A DNA stretch of 64,000 bases from Vicugna vicugna. Taxonomy: Eukaryota. The DNA lies in contig MU058669.1 in assembly GCA_013265495.1 (NCBI GenBank), positions 540,056-604,055 on the forward strand, in the 5' to 3' direction. Within the stretch, counting starts at the first letter, position 1, and each line of letters opens with the position of its first letter. Below are positions 39,381 to 54,782 of the stretch, one piece after another. A program made the translations under genes and the position numbers. The notes under the pieces were generated by a model. The model searched no databases and was not told the origin of the DNA. It saw only the letters and a program-made list of their open reading frames with translations.

Positions 39381-41454
39381 TGCCAATGTATTTTCATAAA
39401 ATTATCATAGGTTGCATTTTTTGTTTGTTTTTAAATGTGTTTATCTTACCTCCCATCCTAAATCTTAAATTTCTTCAAGACTGGATTTGTGCTTTATCAG
39501 GTCTTAAAGTCTCAGGTTTGCTATCTCTTACTGTCTGTGTGGTTTTCAGCAAGTTTCTTAACCTCTCTGTGCCTCCAGTTTCTCTGTGAGGTAGGGATAA
39601 TGTAGGATATCTGTGAGGATGTAGTGTGTTAATACACAGAGAGTTCTTAAAAGTGCCTTGCTCAAAGTAAATACTCACCATTTGTGGTGCTGAAGAAGCT
39701 AGCTCAGTGTGTTATACATGTAGATATTCAAAAATAAATATACAATAAACCTTTATTTTGCTAGGTGCTAGGGAAACAGTAATGAAAGAGACATAGTTTC
39801 TGTGCTCAAAGAGATCATAAGAATAAATAAATAATTTTTTTCATTAATCCCTTATTTGTCTGGTAGTCCTAGTCATTCTCTGAAAGCAGCCTTCATGTTG
39901 GGTATTGAGTCTACATTTTGGGTATTGAGACTTAAGGTATAGGATGGTTAAGGATTAAGGCCTGGCTGTTAACAGTGATTTATATGGCAGTCTGTCTGCA
40001 GGGGAAAAAGCAGGGGCGGGAAGTCTGAGAACACAGTTCTGACTCTTATTCCAATGCTCACATGTGATGTGGGCAAATCCCATTCCTTCTCCAGGCCTCG
40101 TTTTTCCCAGCTGGAAAAAAATAAGTCATTGGAGAAACTAAGCTCAAAGGTGCCTTTTAATTCCTAAGTCTCTAGATCTCATCAGTGAAAAGTTCCAGAC
40201 TGAATTCAGGGTGTGGGAAGTGGATAGCATTGATATTTCTTGAAAGGGATGATAAATTGCATTGAGTTGGCACAATAGATCATAATGATTGCACTTAATG
40301 TATTTATTACTAGAGAGGTTATTTTGAGTATGTATTATGCATACGAAAATATCTCCAAGTATGTTAAATTTACATTATCAGTTTTCTTTTTGTTTTATGT
40401 GGCCTTATCTCTCTCCATTTTTCTTTCATTTTTCAGTCTCAGACAAATCAGTGTCTTCTTTTTCCCTCTCATTTTATCTCTTCGAAGCAATTGTAGAGAA
40501 CCTCACTTACGTTTAGGCTATTAGTCATCTGTTACAATTCTTGATAGCCTCATTTCTCACTATTCTCTTCTCTAAAAATCCCACCACTCCAACCTCATCT
40601 TTTACCATGTTTCTCCTGTATTGGCTTTTATTGTATTCCTTGAATATACCAACCTGATTTCCCTCTGCTTACAGCTCTCACTGTCCAAATATTTTACATG
40701 GCCGACACCTCTTAAATTTCAGATTTCATCTCAAATATTACTCCTCAGAGACTCTTCCTGCCCCCCCAAACCAAGTCTGCTTCCTACTCACCCAGTCTGC
40801 CCTCTCCATTGCTCCATTTTATTTTCTTCATGCATTTATTTGTTTGCTTATTAATTGTCTTTCTGTACTAGAATAAAGAAGAAAATCAGGGTCATAGTTT
40901 CTATTAGTCACCATTGTATTCCCAGCACCTAGGATAGTGTATAATGCATATTTGCAACAAATGAATGAATTAATAAATGTGTATATACCCTATGCTGTGG
41001 TCTTACTAGTTATCTCACAGTTTTCTCAGCACATTTTGTGTTTCCTTGCTTCCAGTCCTTTATATAGTTAATCTTTTTTTAGTTTTTTGAATTTGAGAGG
41101 CTAATGCATAAGTAGTAAGAAGGTTATGGGTCAGAGCCAGATTATTCCTGAGGGACTTTGTGGGAGGCCCTATGTTACAGGGGGGAGAACCTTGAAATAA
41201 ATGTCTGGGTACATAGATTCTGCTCTAGTTCATTCATGTTGTAACCTTGGGTATAGCCCCACTTAACTGATCCCTAAAAGCTCAGCCCCAATGCTATATC
41301 TGTAATAAAACCCGTGATTCTCTCAGTTCTCAGCTGGAATGACTGTCAGGGTCTTCTCTGGATTCCTATTGCCTGGTTACAGCTCTGAACACGTTCTGTC
41401 TGTATAAAGTTATTCAAGTGGATGCCTTCATTTAATAACTGAATATTTCCTTAG

Positions 41455-41990
41455 AAACCAAGATTCTCTCAGTTGCTAATGACAGAAACTCAAGTCAGAC
41501 TGGCTTAAGAAAATAATGCATATTTTATTAGCTCAAGAAACTTAAGAAACTAAGGGGCAAGACTAGCTTCAGTCATAGCTGTCCACCCAAAAACTTGCCC
41601 CTTCTCCATCTCTTGACTGTTTACTTTGCTTTGACTTCATACTTATGGAAGCTTTTCTACATGGCTGTAAGGTGACTACTAGCAGCATCAGGATGACTTT
41701 TTCCAACTGAGTAACTCCAAAAGGAAGAGGATGTCCCTTTCCCAGTAATTTTATGAGATATCCTGAGGCTGATGCCCATTGACCTGGCTTGGGTCACTTT
41801 TCCATCCATGAATTAATCACTATATGGACAAAGGGATTAATATTCTTAGCAGCTAAGCCTGAATCATTTGCCACTCCTTGGAGCAAGGTGATAGAAGTAA
41901 CCCCACCCAAACCACATGAACAGAGAAAAGTCTAGAAGTTACTGCCAAAAGAAAGAAGATACAGATGCTGGCTACGTCAAAAACAGATGT
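41455..41990 (-). mobile_element. MaLR MLT1-like LTR
   Basis: 'cagttgctaatgacagaaactcaagtcagactggcttaag' and 'cattgacctggcttgggtcac' motifs. Confidence 0.6.
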
Positions 41991-41999
41991 CTCCCTACA

Positions 42000-43600
42000 C
42001 TGTGGAGAACATCTGGGTGCACTAATCCAAATAAGACACTACCACTGTCCTATAACAATATAGTTTATTTAGGAGACAGACACATAGTTAATTTCAATGT
42101 ATTTTGGTAAGTACTAAGTTTAAAGGATACTTAGGGGACTGTGGACATACAGAGATGGCTTGTTGAGGTGCCCAGTCTCCTGGAATGCCTTTGAAAGTTA
42201 CTTGGAGGAGACAGTGCTTAGGTGGAAGATTGAAAGAAAATTAAGAGTTGCTTTGATATAGGGGAAAAAAATGGGAAAAACATTCTGGACTGAGGGAGTA
42301 ACATGAACAAAGAACAGGTACGTTGCAGGTCATTATTGTCAGATCATAAAGTGAAAACTGGTAAGAGGTGAAGCTGGAGAAGTAGGTAGAGTCTGGGTCT
42401 ACCAAGACTGGGCACTTTTAAGATCATGTGAAAGAGCATGATCTGGTTGATGGGGAGCCATTGAAGAGAAGAGGAATGATCATCTACGGGCTTAGATAGA
42501 TCACTGGTAGCATTATGAAGATGGATTTAAGATGAGCCATGTCAGAAGCAGGGAGACCAGTCAGAGCGCTGTTGCTATAAAATAGAGCTGAACTCCAGTG
42601 GTGGTAATAGAGAGGAAGGGGAAAGGCAAATTGGAGAAATATGTGGAGTAAAATCAGACCGTCTTGGTGACTGGAAAGGAAGAGTCTAGGATGGCTCATG
42701 TATTTTGTCTTGGATGACCGCTATATGGTAGCTCTTCTAAAACTCAAGGGAATAAATGGGGATGAAAAACTTAGGAGTAGGAAGAGAAAGACAATGAATT
42801 CAAATTTTGTACATGTTATATGTGAGATAGATGCCTGTAGAATATCCTGATACATATGTCCAGCAGGGCGTTGGAATATGTTGTTTTCAGGAGAAGTTAG
42901 TGCTGGAAATAGGGATTCGGGAGTCAGCAGCAGGTAGGGAATAGTTAAAGTTACTGAAATAGGATTGGTGGAGAGGAGAGGGAGTAGGTTGAGATAAGTA
43001 GAGAGCCCAGCCTAGAACTCCAGGTAATACTGATGTTTAAGGGACTGATAGAGGAGATCAGTACATACAACAGACTAAGGGGGAATGCTTCTAAGGGTAG
43101 GGGAGAACCAGAAGACAGTGATGTTACAAAAATCAAAACTGGAAACAACCCAAAGGTCCATCATCAGGAGAATGGATAAATTGTGGCATACACAGCAGTA
43201 AATAAGAATGAACATGGATAAATCTAACAATGTGTTGTGCTAAGAAGCCAGACACAGATTAGAATGTATTTATGATTCCATGCATACTAAGAACAGGTAA
43301 AATTAATTTATAGCAATACAGGCAGGGCAAGAGAGATTTGATTTGAGCATTACTGACTAGGAAGGGGTATGGAATAACTTCTAGAGTGATGGGAATGTTC
43401 TGTTATCTTGCTCTGGGTCAAGTTACGTAGGCACATACACATGTAGCTTGTTATGCTCTAAAGCTATGTATACTTCATTGTATGTAAGTTATACCTCATC
43501 TTTTAAAAAGCCAAAGGATTAGAGAATTCAAGAAGGAGTGAGTGGACACAAGTGTTAAGTGTTGTAGAGAGATCTAGTAAGTTAAGTACTAAAAAAGTAG
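42000..43600. mobile_element. L2 fragment interrupted by an L1 3' piece (~43130-43500)
   Basis: Purine-rich L2 motifs ('ggggagccattgaag', 'agatcactgg'); L1 motif 'aactggaaacaacccaaaggtccatcatcaggagaatggataaa'. Confidence 0.55.
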
Positions 43601-43708
43601 ATGGTATGTTCAGGTGAGAACAAGAGCACTGACTTCCATGATGCTCAGATGTTCCGGATAGGTGCACAGTAATCTTGGGGAGCTGAACTGAATTGCTGAT
43701 GGACAATA

Positions 43709-44028
43709 CAGTCATCCCTCAGTATCCTTGGAGGTATCCTGGTTCCTTGAGTATCCTCCAATATAAAATGGTGTGGCATTTGCCTAAAACCTTTGCACAT
43801 CCTCTGGTATACTTTAAATCATCTCTAGATTATTTATAGTACCTAATGCAATGTAAATGCTATCTAAATAGTTATAAATACATTGTAAATGCTATTTAAG
43901 TTGCCAGCACTTGGAAAATTCAAGTTTTGCTTTTTGGAACTTTCTGGAATTGTTTTTTCTCAAATATTTTCAATCCATGGTTGGTTGAATTTGAACATGT
44001 GGAACCCGTGGTTATGGAAGGCTGACTA
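43709..44028. mobile_element. MER2/Tigger-family element ending 19 nt upstream of FAM114A2 exon 10
   Basis: TA-'cagtcatccctcagtatcc' ... 'tggttatggaaggctgacta'-TA; same core as the copy at 26855. Confidence 0.85.
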
Positions 44029-44047
44029 TAATCTTTTTCTTATTTAG

Positions 44048-44245
<198 letters not shown>

Positions 44246-44588
44246 TAAGCACCTCCTATTTTGTTGTACTGCTATCTATAATTTCTGCCTTGTGATCCAA
44301 GTTTGTAACATCTAAGTTCCACACTATAGGATGCAAGGAGTGAAGAACAAGAGACAAAGGGTGCATGTATGTGGTGTCATGAGAGTTTCTCAGAAGCTGC
44401 TGCATGACACTTTTTAATCAAATCTTTTGGCTTAAACTTAAGTCACATGATCACACCTGACTTCAGGGGAGCCTTTGTTTTTATAGCTGTGAACCCAGTT
44501 GTAAACTTCTATCACTGCTATGGAAGAAGAGGAGGTTTATTGCAGGGCAGCTATTAGTCTGTTGCTTTCAAGATGATGAATCCTGTAG

Positions 44589-44816
<228 letters not shown>

Positions 44817-45270
44817 TAAGTGTAATGAGTATCTTTCTAAATGATACAGTGTTGCAGAAAGACTTTTATTGGCTTCTTTCCAAAGTTTTAGAAACTTTCC
44901 TCTCAACAAGATGCTGGTCACATTACACCATCATGTCTTAGAGGTTTGTTCATTTTGGGTTTTAGTTAATAAACTTCTAAGGTGTTGTTTCTTTTCTTTG
45001 AGCCATAAATCTACATTATAAATCTGCCCTTTTTTATTATCTGACTCATACTCTGAAAATGAGTTTTTCTTAGATTATTGGTCTTAATAGGAATAGAATT
45101 TTACAGAAATAAAAATAGTTCTAAGAACTTTAGTTCTTATTTACAGTTATTACTTATTAAGTGCTAATTATATGCCAGGTGCCATGCTAAGGGATTTACA
45201 TACATCATTTCTAATCCTTACAACAACCCTCAGGATAAGTGGTCAGGTCAGCTTTAAAAGTGAGGAAATG

Positions 45271-45487
45271 CACTAAGTATAGTAATCTCTCAGTCCATCC
45301 ATGTTGCTACTGTATAGCACAGAGAACTATATTCAATAGCTTATAATAATTGATAATTAAAAAGAATATATATAAATATGTAAAACTGAATCACTATGCA
45401 ATGTACCAGAAACTAACACAACATTGTAAATCAACTATACTTCAATATAAATAAATAAATGAATGAGTGAATGAATGATTGAATGAA
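45271..45487 (+). mobile_element. Short L1 insertion with 5' inversion, inside a MIR
   Basis: Antisense L1 piece 45271-45308 is joined to a sense L1 3' end with an (AAAT/GAAT)n tail; 'tgaggaaa' duplicated at 45261-45268 and 45488-45495. Confidence 0.7.
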
Positions 45488-46586
45488 TGAGGAAACTCCA
45501 ATGTATGAGAAGTTTTCTGGTCAGGTTATGCAGACTGGGATTTAAACCCAGGTCTGTCTAAGTTCCAGATCCCTTTTTTCAACTATGTTGCTGATTTTGA
45601 ACAAAAATTTTAAAAATAATGGAATGTAGGTAGTCACAGGAGTAAAAGCAACCTACTACTTTCCAAATCAATCTCCTAATTAAATAATAAGAATTTTCAT
45701 TGAAAAAAAGACCAAGAATGAGAGTGTGCAGTGAGTTACGACTGGAAAGGGCCCTTGATGTTCTATAGACCTGTTCTTCACCTACAGTTTCACTGCCCCT
45801 CTGCAACATCCCATAAGGGAGGGTCTAGTTTTGTCTTAAACATCCTTAGGATGAGAAACTCATAACCCTCCAGCAGCCTTTTTTATGGAAAAACAGCTAT
45901 TCTCACTGCTTGGAATGCCCTTCCAGTCGTGGCTCTTTCTTTGCTGAATTAAGGTTTCCACTTCTTAGAGGGGCCTTTTTTCACCACACTATCCAAAATA
46001 CTATCTTACATCATTTTCTAATTTTTTACTTGCTTTATTTTCTTAGTTCATATCATCACCTAGTGCATATTATACATATGAATATATGGGTGTATGTTTA
46101 TGTATCCTTGTATCTATGCATACATAAATACCTGTATGTACCTTATACATGTGTGTATTTGTGTAAACATATACATTCACGTCTCTCTATGGTCTCTCCC
46201 TTAATTAGCAGAAAAGTTAGTATTAATGAAAACTGGGACTTTGCTTATTTACTTAATTATCCCCAGTGCTCAGAAGTGCCTGGTACATTGAGGACTTTCA
46301 ATAAGTATTTGCTGAATGAATGAATGAATATATATTTGATTTAACTATATTTCTAAATGGAACGTAGAATCTTTTAAGTACTACCTGTCTCCTTAAAATG
46401 TAACTTAGTTATTTCCTTTGATTTATCTTGGAAGTGTATTTTCTAGAAGGTTCTATAGAAAAATGTTTTTCTAAGGACTAAATGTCCTCTTTGTGTGTAT
46501 AGGTCCCCAAATATGTTACGTAGCTGATTTAGGCATATTTACGTCCTTTAAAAGATGTCTTCTTTCACATTTAGTGCCAAGAATGA

Positions 46587-48400
<1,814 letters not shown>

Positions 48401-48757
48401 GTTTTTGCAATTCATTTTTGTCCTCTCTTTTTTTATTCGGTCTTTAGAGTATTTTGTGCTGCTCTCTCCAGACCTGTACTGGGAATGTAGACCTTGATAA
48501 GATAAAAATCTCAAAGTTTGACTCTAGTTTTAAGGCGCAGCACCTTACTTACATTCTGACACCTCCCATGTTTTGCAGTTGCCAGCCAGTAGGAGAGTTG
48601 CAGTTAAAGCAAAAGTTTGTTTTGTTTTGTTTTAAGGAATTGTAAAAATTTACTGAAAGTATGTGAACAATGGAAGATTATTCAGAAATCAGTAATTATG
48701 AATTGGGATAAAATCAAAGGCATTTTAAATGAGCAAGTAAGAATCACTTTGTAGTAA

Positions 48758-49245
48758 ACCAAGCTCATGTGCACAGAAAACACACACTGGTGGTTGCCAG
48801 AGGGCAAGGGGTGAGGGATGGGTGAAATGGGTGCAGGGGGTCAGAAGATGCAAACCTCCAGTTATCAAATAAATAGATGATGGGGATGTAATATACATCA
48901 TGGTAGCTATAGTTAATAAATCGTGCTGCTTGTAATAACCAATAATAGAGAAGAATTGAAAAAAATATATGTGTATAACCATATCACTTTGCTGTATACC
49001 TGAAACTAATGCAATATTAATCAACTGTACTTCAAAAAAATTACTGTATTATGTATTTGAAAATTGTTAAGAGAGTAGATCTTAAAAGTTCTCATCATAA
49101 GAAAAAAAATTATTTAACTATGTATAGTAATGGGTATTAACTAGACTTACTGTAATCACTTTGCAGTATATGCAGATAGTGAATCATTATGTTGTACACC
49201 TGCAATTAGTAGAGTGTTGTATGTAGTTATACCTCAATTAAAAAA
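48758..49245 (+). mobile_element. L1 3' end containing a second, younger L1 3' end (~48925-49040)
   Basis: Two A-tailed L1 termini in series; degenerate outer TSD aatcactttgtagtaa (48742-48757) / aatcgcttcatagtaa (49246-49261). Confidence 0.65.
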
Positions 49246-49901
49246 AATCGCTTCATAGTAAGTATGTAAGTGTCTATGTGGCAGCAAAGTTCTTCTGGGC
49301 CTTAAATTTATTTTAGTTAAGAGTATGGTCCAAATTAATTTTTCTCACTTTGAGTTTATATTTTTCCTGTAAGGGATGATTCTGTGATACAGCTTCTCTT
49401 TTCCTATTATTTTCTTTAAAGGAGTTTCTGGTTTCCTCAAGTTAATCCTCTGAGGCTAAATCTTTCCGTGTGTTTAATAAAGATACTTTAGAACGGTGCT
49501 AACACACGCGAGTATCGAATCTGCATTATTTATTTCTGTGTTTTCCAAGCTGCGCCTCTGAAAAACCATTGAATATTTTGAGCACATGTTCCATATGTGC
49601 GTATTTTATTTTAAAAATTTTCAACAGTTTTTCTGGTCAAATGTACCATTTCTACTTCTTCCAAAATGAAGATACTTTTTAAAGTCAATAAAAAACTATG
49701 AAGGAGTATTTTCTCAATTTGGATAGCAGAGAAGGATATAAAGAAGAAAATTTAAAGCCCTTGCTGAATCCAGTCCAGACTTTTTCTGTGCTTATATTTA
49801 TGTATAAGTGTGTGTGGGTGTGTGTTTCAACGTGGCATCGTGCTTTGCTTATTGTTTTTTTAATGTGATGTGCTCCCTTACCACTTTGTCCTTTGTCCTA
49901 G

Positions 49902-49955
49902 GTCAAAGAAAAGGCAGATGTCCTTAATCCATTAATCACTGCAGTATTTCTAGAG
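49902..49955 (+). CDS. FAM114A2: FAM114A2 exon 13
   Basis: tag|GTC...GAG|gttagt; VKEKADVLNPLITAVFLE. Confidence 0.96.
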
Positions 49956-51823
49956 GTTAGTAGTACTAATTGCTTTTTACATCTCTTAACTTCTAGGGCA
50001 TTATGTATTAATTGACTTTTTTAAAGTTTTTATTTTTTGGCTTTCTGGTTTTTTTCACTCTACTAGTAGTTTAGCCATGTTGATGCACATATGACCAAAA
50101 TGGTATATATTTGATTTGTAAGTCCCTGTTAATTAGTTACAAAGCATAAAGACGAAGCTGCCAGGTAAAGTGCAAAGGAAGAAGCAGTAGGCTGTCTTTG
50201 CTTAATACTACCTCTTCGTAGTTAATGGATAATTCTCAGTAAAGAAATATCTTCTGGAAACCAGCTGGTAAACATGAAGGGAAACAGGCAGGCACTGCTT
50301 CTTAAAGAACTAAGGTTTATGCAGAGGAGATTAGTTTACAAAACAAAACAAAACATTTTGTCATTTCCTTGCCAAGAAATTCAACTTATTTTGTTGAAGA
50401 GGTACCTGTGTTTATGTAATCCTTGTCATTCCATTAGATGTAAAGAGGTGGGTAGTTTAAGTCTATGGAGAATTGGAGAGAGGGGTGGTAGAGCGGGTAG
50501 GGGATGTGGTACAAGAGGATCCCTTGAGGGATTATACTGCTTCCATGTGTAATGCTTTCTGGAGTCCATGTTTTAAGAACTCTATCTTGTAAATTAATTG
50601 TGCAAAAATTTTAGATGTTTGATGATCTGTTTAAAACGTATTTATGGGGGAAAATATATTTGATGATCAGGTTTTAAATATGATTTGAAAAATGTTTTTG
50701 TTACTGGACTGTTACGTTCTTTAGTTTAACATTCTTTTAAAATTACCACCAAGGAGATAATGCCTTTAATTCTCATTGTGTAGTTTTCCTTGAATAGTCA
50801 GGGAAATTATTCTAATCACTTAAGCAATTAAAAAAAAAGAAAGTTTGTGATTTAGTAACTGGCAGAGTGGTATAGGTAAAAGAAATTTGCAAACCAGGAG
50901 CCCAGTCCTGTCTGACAGCTTCCCTTATTTGCTGTTATAACCCTGGACCAGGCATTTACCTTCTTGGCAATCTCATTATATTTATGTCCAAAATAAGAGA
51001 TTTAACTAGATTATCTCTGAGTTCTCTTTTGGCTCAAAAATTCGGTGTCAGATGTCACATTAAAGTTTAAATAGGAGTACTTGCCATTGATAAATCAGCA
51101 AAGGATAAACTCACTTGACATGGGTGCCCTTTTGCTATTTTGAGCTGGTTTTTCTTGCTTATACATTTGAAACCCTCTTGTCCTTGATAGTATACATTTT
51201 TATTTTAATGTAACAAACCATTATTCTTCAGGAAGGTCAGAATTTGTCAGATCTAAATGAAGTCTGGCAAACTGTAAGCATAATGATTACAAGCTTCTCA
51301 AAAATATGTCTGTTGTACTAGACAGAAACATATCAAAGTATAGATGTCTTTGAAAGCAGTATTCCTTGTTTATATTTGTGAGCACCTGTCTCATGTTCAC
51401 TGATTTTGTTGAGTCCATGGAAGAAGAGTAGTCACAATGCACTGGAAATCCTGCTGATGTAGGGTTCATAGCCTTCTGAAGTCCTCTTTGAGTAATTACT
51501 AAAATGCTGTGACAGGATCTACCCACTCAGTCAAGGAATAGGTAAGCTTTGAATGCTGGGTTTGAGCAGGTTGCCAAAGAATGGCTTTCATTTCTGATGG
51601 ACAAGTTGGACAAAAAGGCTGACATTCTCTTGGTGATGTCATATTATCTTAAGAATTCAATCATTCTTTCCCCTATAACGTGACTGAAATGGTTAAGTCT
51701 GTGTTCTTATTTGCCAGGCTACAGAGTCAAGTAGATTATAAAAAATTAATTTTTTTGTCATATAATATGTTTTCCTCTTTTAAGTGTCTGCAATATTTTT
51801 TCTTATTTTTTCAATCTCTATAG

Positions 51824-51925
<102 letters not shown>

Positions 51926-52161
51926 GCTGCAGATCCAGAGGGCTTTGTCAGAGCATTGAACAACAGAGAAGATTCTACCTGAGACTTGTGATGGCTGGGA
52001 AATGCCACTCTCTTTTGGGTACTCCTGCAGAAGTGAAGAAGAAAGGTTATTTTAGTATATTAAAATCCAGGCAGGAGAGCAGGTTTAAAGGAAGTTTGTT
52101 GCCTTCACTGCTTGGCTGAAGTATTCAGGTCCTCACATTGTTCTTCCCGGTTGTTATAATT

Positions 52162-54782
52162 AATAAATTATTTGAGAAGAAACTTTTATAGAAAGTTCAA
52201 AAATAATAACTCAAGGTAAAGGTTAACGGGACACTCAGGCAAAAATATTGGTCTTTTTTTGACAAATGCAAAGCACTAAAAATTTTGTCATGTTTGTCAT
52301 ATGATTTTGCAGTCCATGAATATAATTGGTTGTTAAGCAAGAAGAAAAAGAACTCAATTTAGTATTCTAGAATTCATGTACTTCATCTATTAATGCCATT
52401 TTACTTCTCCTTTCTATGATAAAATCTATGGCTTTAAGAAAACTGAGTATATATAAACTCTAAATGATTACCTTTTATTACATGAATTCTTAGAATTGGT
52501 TAGGTTTCATCTGCTCTTTAATTCTCAGTTGATATTTGACGTTAAGGAGAAACTTACAGAATATAGTTATAGACACATGAATTAACTGTAGCAAAGTGCC
52601 CTTTGGCTTCAGGTGGTTCTTCCACCCCAAGGTGACAAGCTTCAAGTTGTAGTTGACCCTCACTCTACTGGATTCAAAACCAGTAAGTGCAATTTAGGAA
52701 AACAGTTTCCTGTTTGCAGATATTCCGAGTCTCTAGGATGTTTTTTCATGCATACTCGATATGCAGGATAAATTCTGTGATAGCCAGCTGCAAAGGAGTG
52801 TTGAAGCTCCTTCGGGTGATAGGGTTTTTGTTGTTTGAGTATTGTTGAAGTGGACTGTAGCATCCCATAGGGACGATATTCATGTGTTAACGGGTTTCAA
52901 CCTATCAGACGAGAGGTTTTTCCATATTCTTGTTTGTTTCTTTTAACGTATTCTTTAGCATGTTTATAAATATAACTTTTATCCTTCAGATCTTAAGCCT
53001 TCTTTTGCTTTCTTCAACAATTTAAGGAACTTATAGGTTATAATCTTCCTAAAAGCTATTTTGGTATCCAGTGTTTTTAAAAAAAAGTTCTCCAACTTGG
53101 TGTTTTTAATGATTCAGGTAACTTTTATGGGCTCTGCCCCTCATCTTCTAAAACCTTTAAATAAAATGTAATGATTGTGTCAGTTGATCCTTTCATTCAC
53201 TTTTCCAAATATGAGTCCCAGTGTCTTCTGAGGCCAAAGAAATAGCAAAGCAAAGCTATAACATGGATTGACTTCAAGACAATTTCTATGTGATTACCTT
53301 ACTTGCGGTAGGGTGTAGTCTATTAGCAAAGAGGAAAATAAGTAGATTTGGACTAAAATAGGTACCCCAACAGCACTAAAGTGTTATTCTGCTCTAATTT
53401 TTTTCTAATAAATCAGAAAGCCTTTGAATAGACAAATTTCACCCTTCTCAAAGTGATTAATTCCACTTTGTAATTCCAGAAAAAACGGCATTCTGGTTAA
53501 TAAAGCTGGTGTCCCCATCCCGATTTGTGCTTCAAGCTCAGTTCTGTCTGAACTGGGACCCCTGGGCTCGGTATTTCTTGAGCAAGATTTGGAAACTAGT
53601 CACACTGCCTACTACATGTTCAGACAGTCACACAAAGATAACTTGCAATTTTTACTCTTTGATCTGGAAACATACCTGTTTTTCTTTCAAGAAGAGGCAT
53701 ATAAATATGGGGGACAGAACAGTGACTCTTTTTATGCACCTGTCCAGGTTGCAGCCCTGAACTTGACCCGTTAGATTAGACCTTACAGAAGACCATTGTG
53801 AGTCACTGCCTCTTCTTTCTCGCTCATCCCTCTTGTCGGCTTCCCCCCACCCACCCACCAGGAGACCACCAGTAAGTAAAGTGATGAAAGGACCAATTAA
53901 TTCTCAGTAACAGTTGCCTACCTTTCACCTAGAATATAGTGGAAAAGAATGAAAGTTCCTTGATTCAGCAGAGATAGAGAAATAAGAGCATAATCATCAT
54001 TGATGGGTGAAATCGGTAGATTTAGGGGACTTTTGGAACCTGTTGGATTGTGGTGATGGTTTGTGGATGGTGCATGCTTCCTTATTCTATTTGGGGTGGG
54101 GACATGATGTAGTTTCTTGATGATACCTACTCTTTTGATGCTACTTCCTTTAAATTTTCTGGTATCTAAGATTTACTGCTGTGTCTTAGTATATGCTACT
54201 CCCTACCGAGCCCCCATTCACTTAACACCTTGATAGGTGAAATACTCAGTTATTACTTGGGTAAGTGATTCTCTTCCTACTCTTGGGATCTTTAAAGGCT
54301 GTAATTAAAAGAGACTTTATTAATTTGACCTGAAAGAAATAGAAACTTCCATGAACTAGTTCTTATTCTTTTTTCCTTTATACAGTACCTTGCAAAATAT
54401 GTTAAGAACAGGTTATATTTTCTTTACTTGCTTTTGGTAATTTTTTTTTTTAATGTAGACGCCTAGATGGACAGGTCTCTGAAATGTGAAAGTGTAATTC
54501 ACGTAGATGGCATTGCCGCAGATCTGAAATCAGGGGTGAGGCACAAATGTAAGCTTCCCAGGCCTACAGTCAGGAAACAAGACCTTGTGTGTTCCTCTGC
54601 TTCACTGAGGACCCTCTCTTTTATATTTGTTTTCATCTAAAGACCTATTTGAGGGAGAGATGTTTTATAAATAGTTGCTATGGATGCCATCAGTTGAGAA
54701 ATAGATATTTTTCTGTACTTGTAGGTGTGTTCTGAATTTTAATGTTGAGAATATTCTTCCGGTTGGAAAAATTGAGAATAAA
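52162..54782 (+). terminator. FAM114A2: Candidate FAM114A2 poly(A) signals (AATAAA at 52162, 53160, 53407, 53499, 54777)
   Basis: Hexamers seen directly; which are used cannot be determined from sequence alone. Confidence 0.4.
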
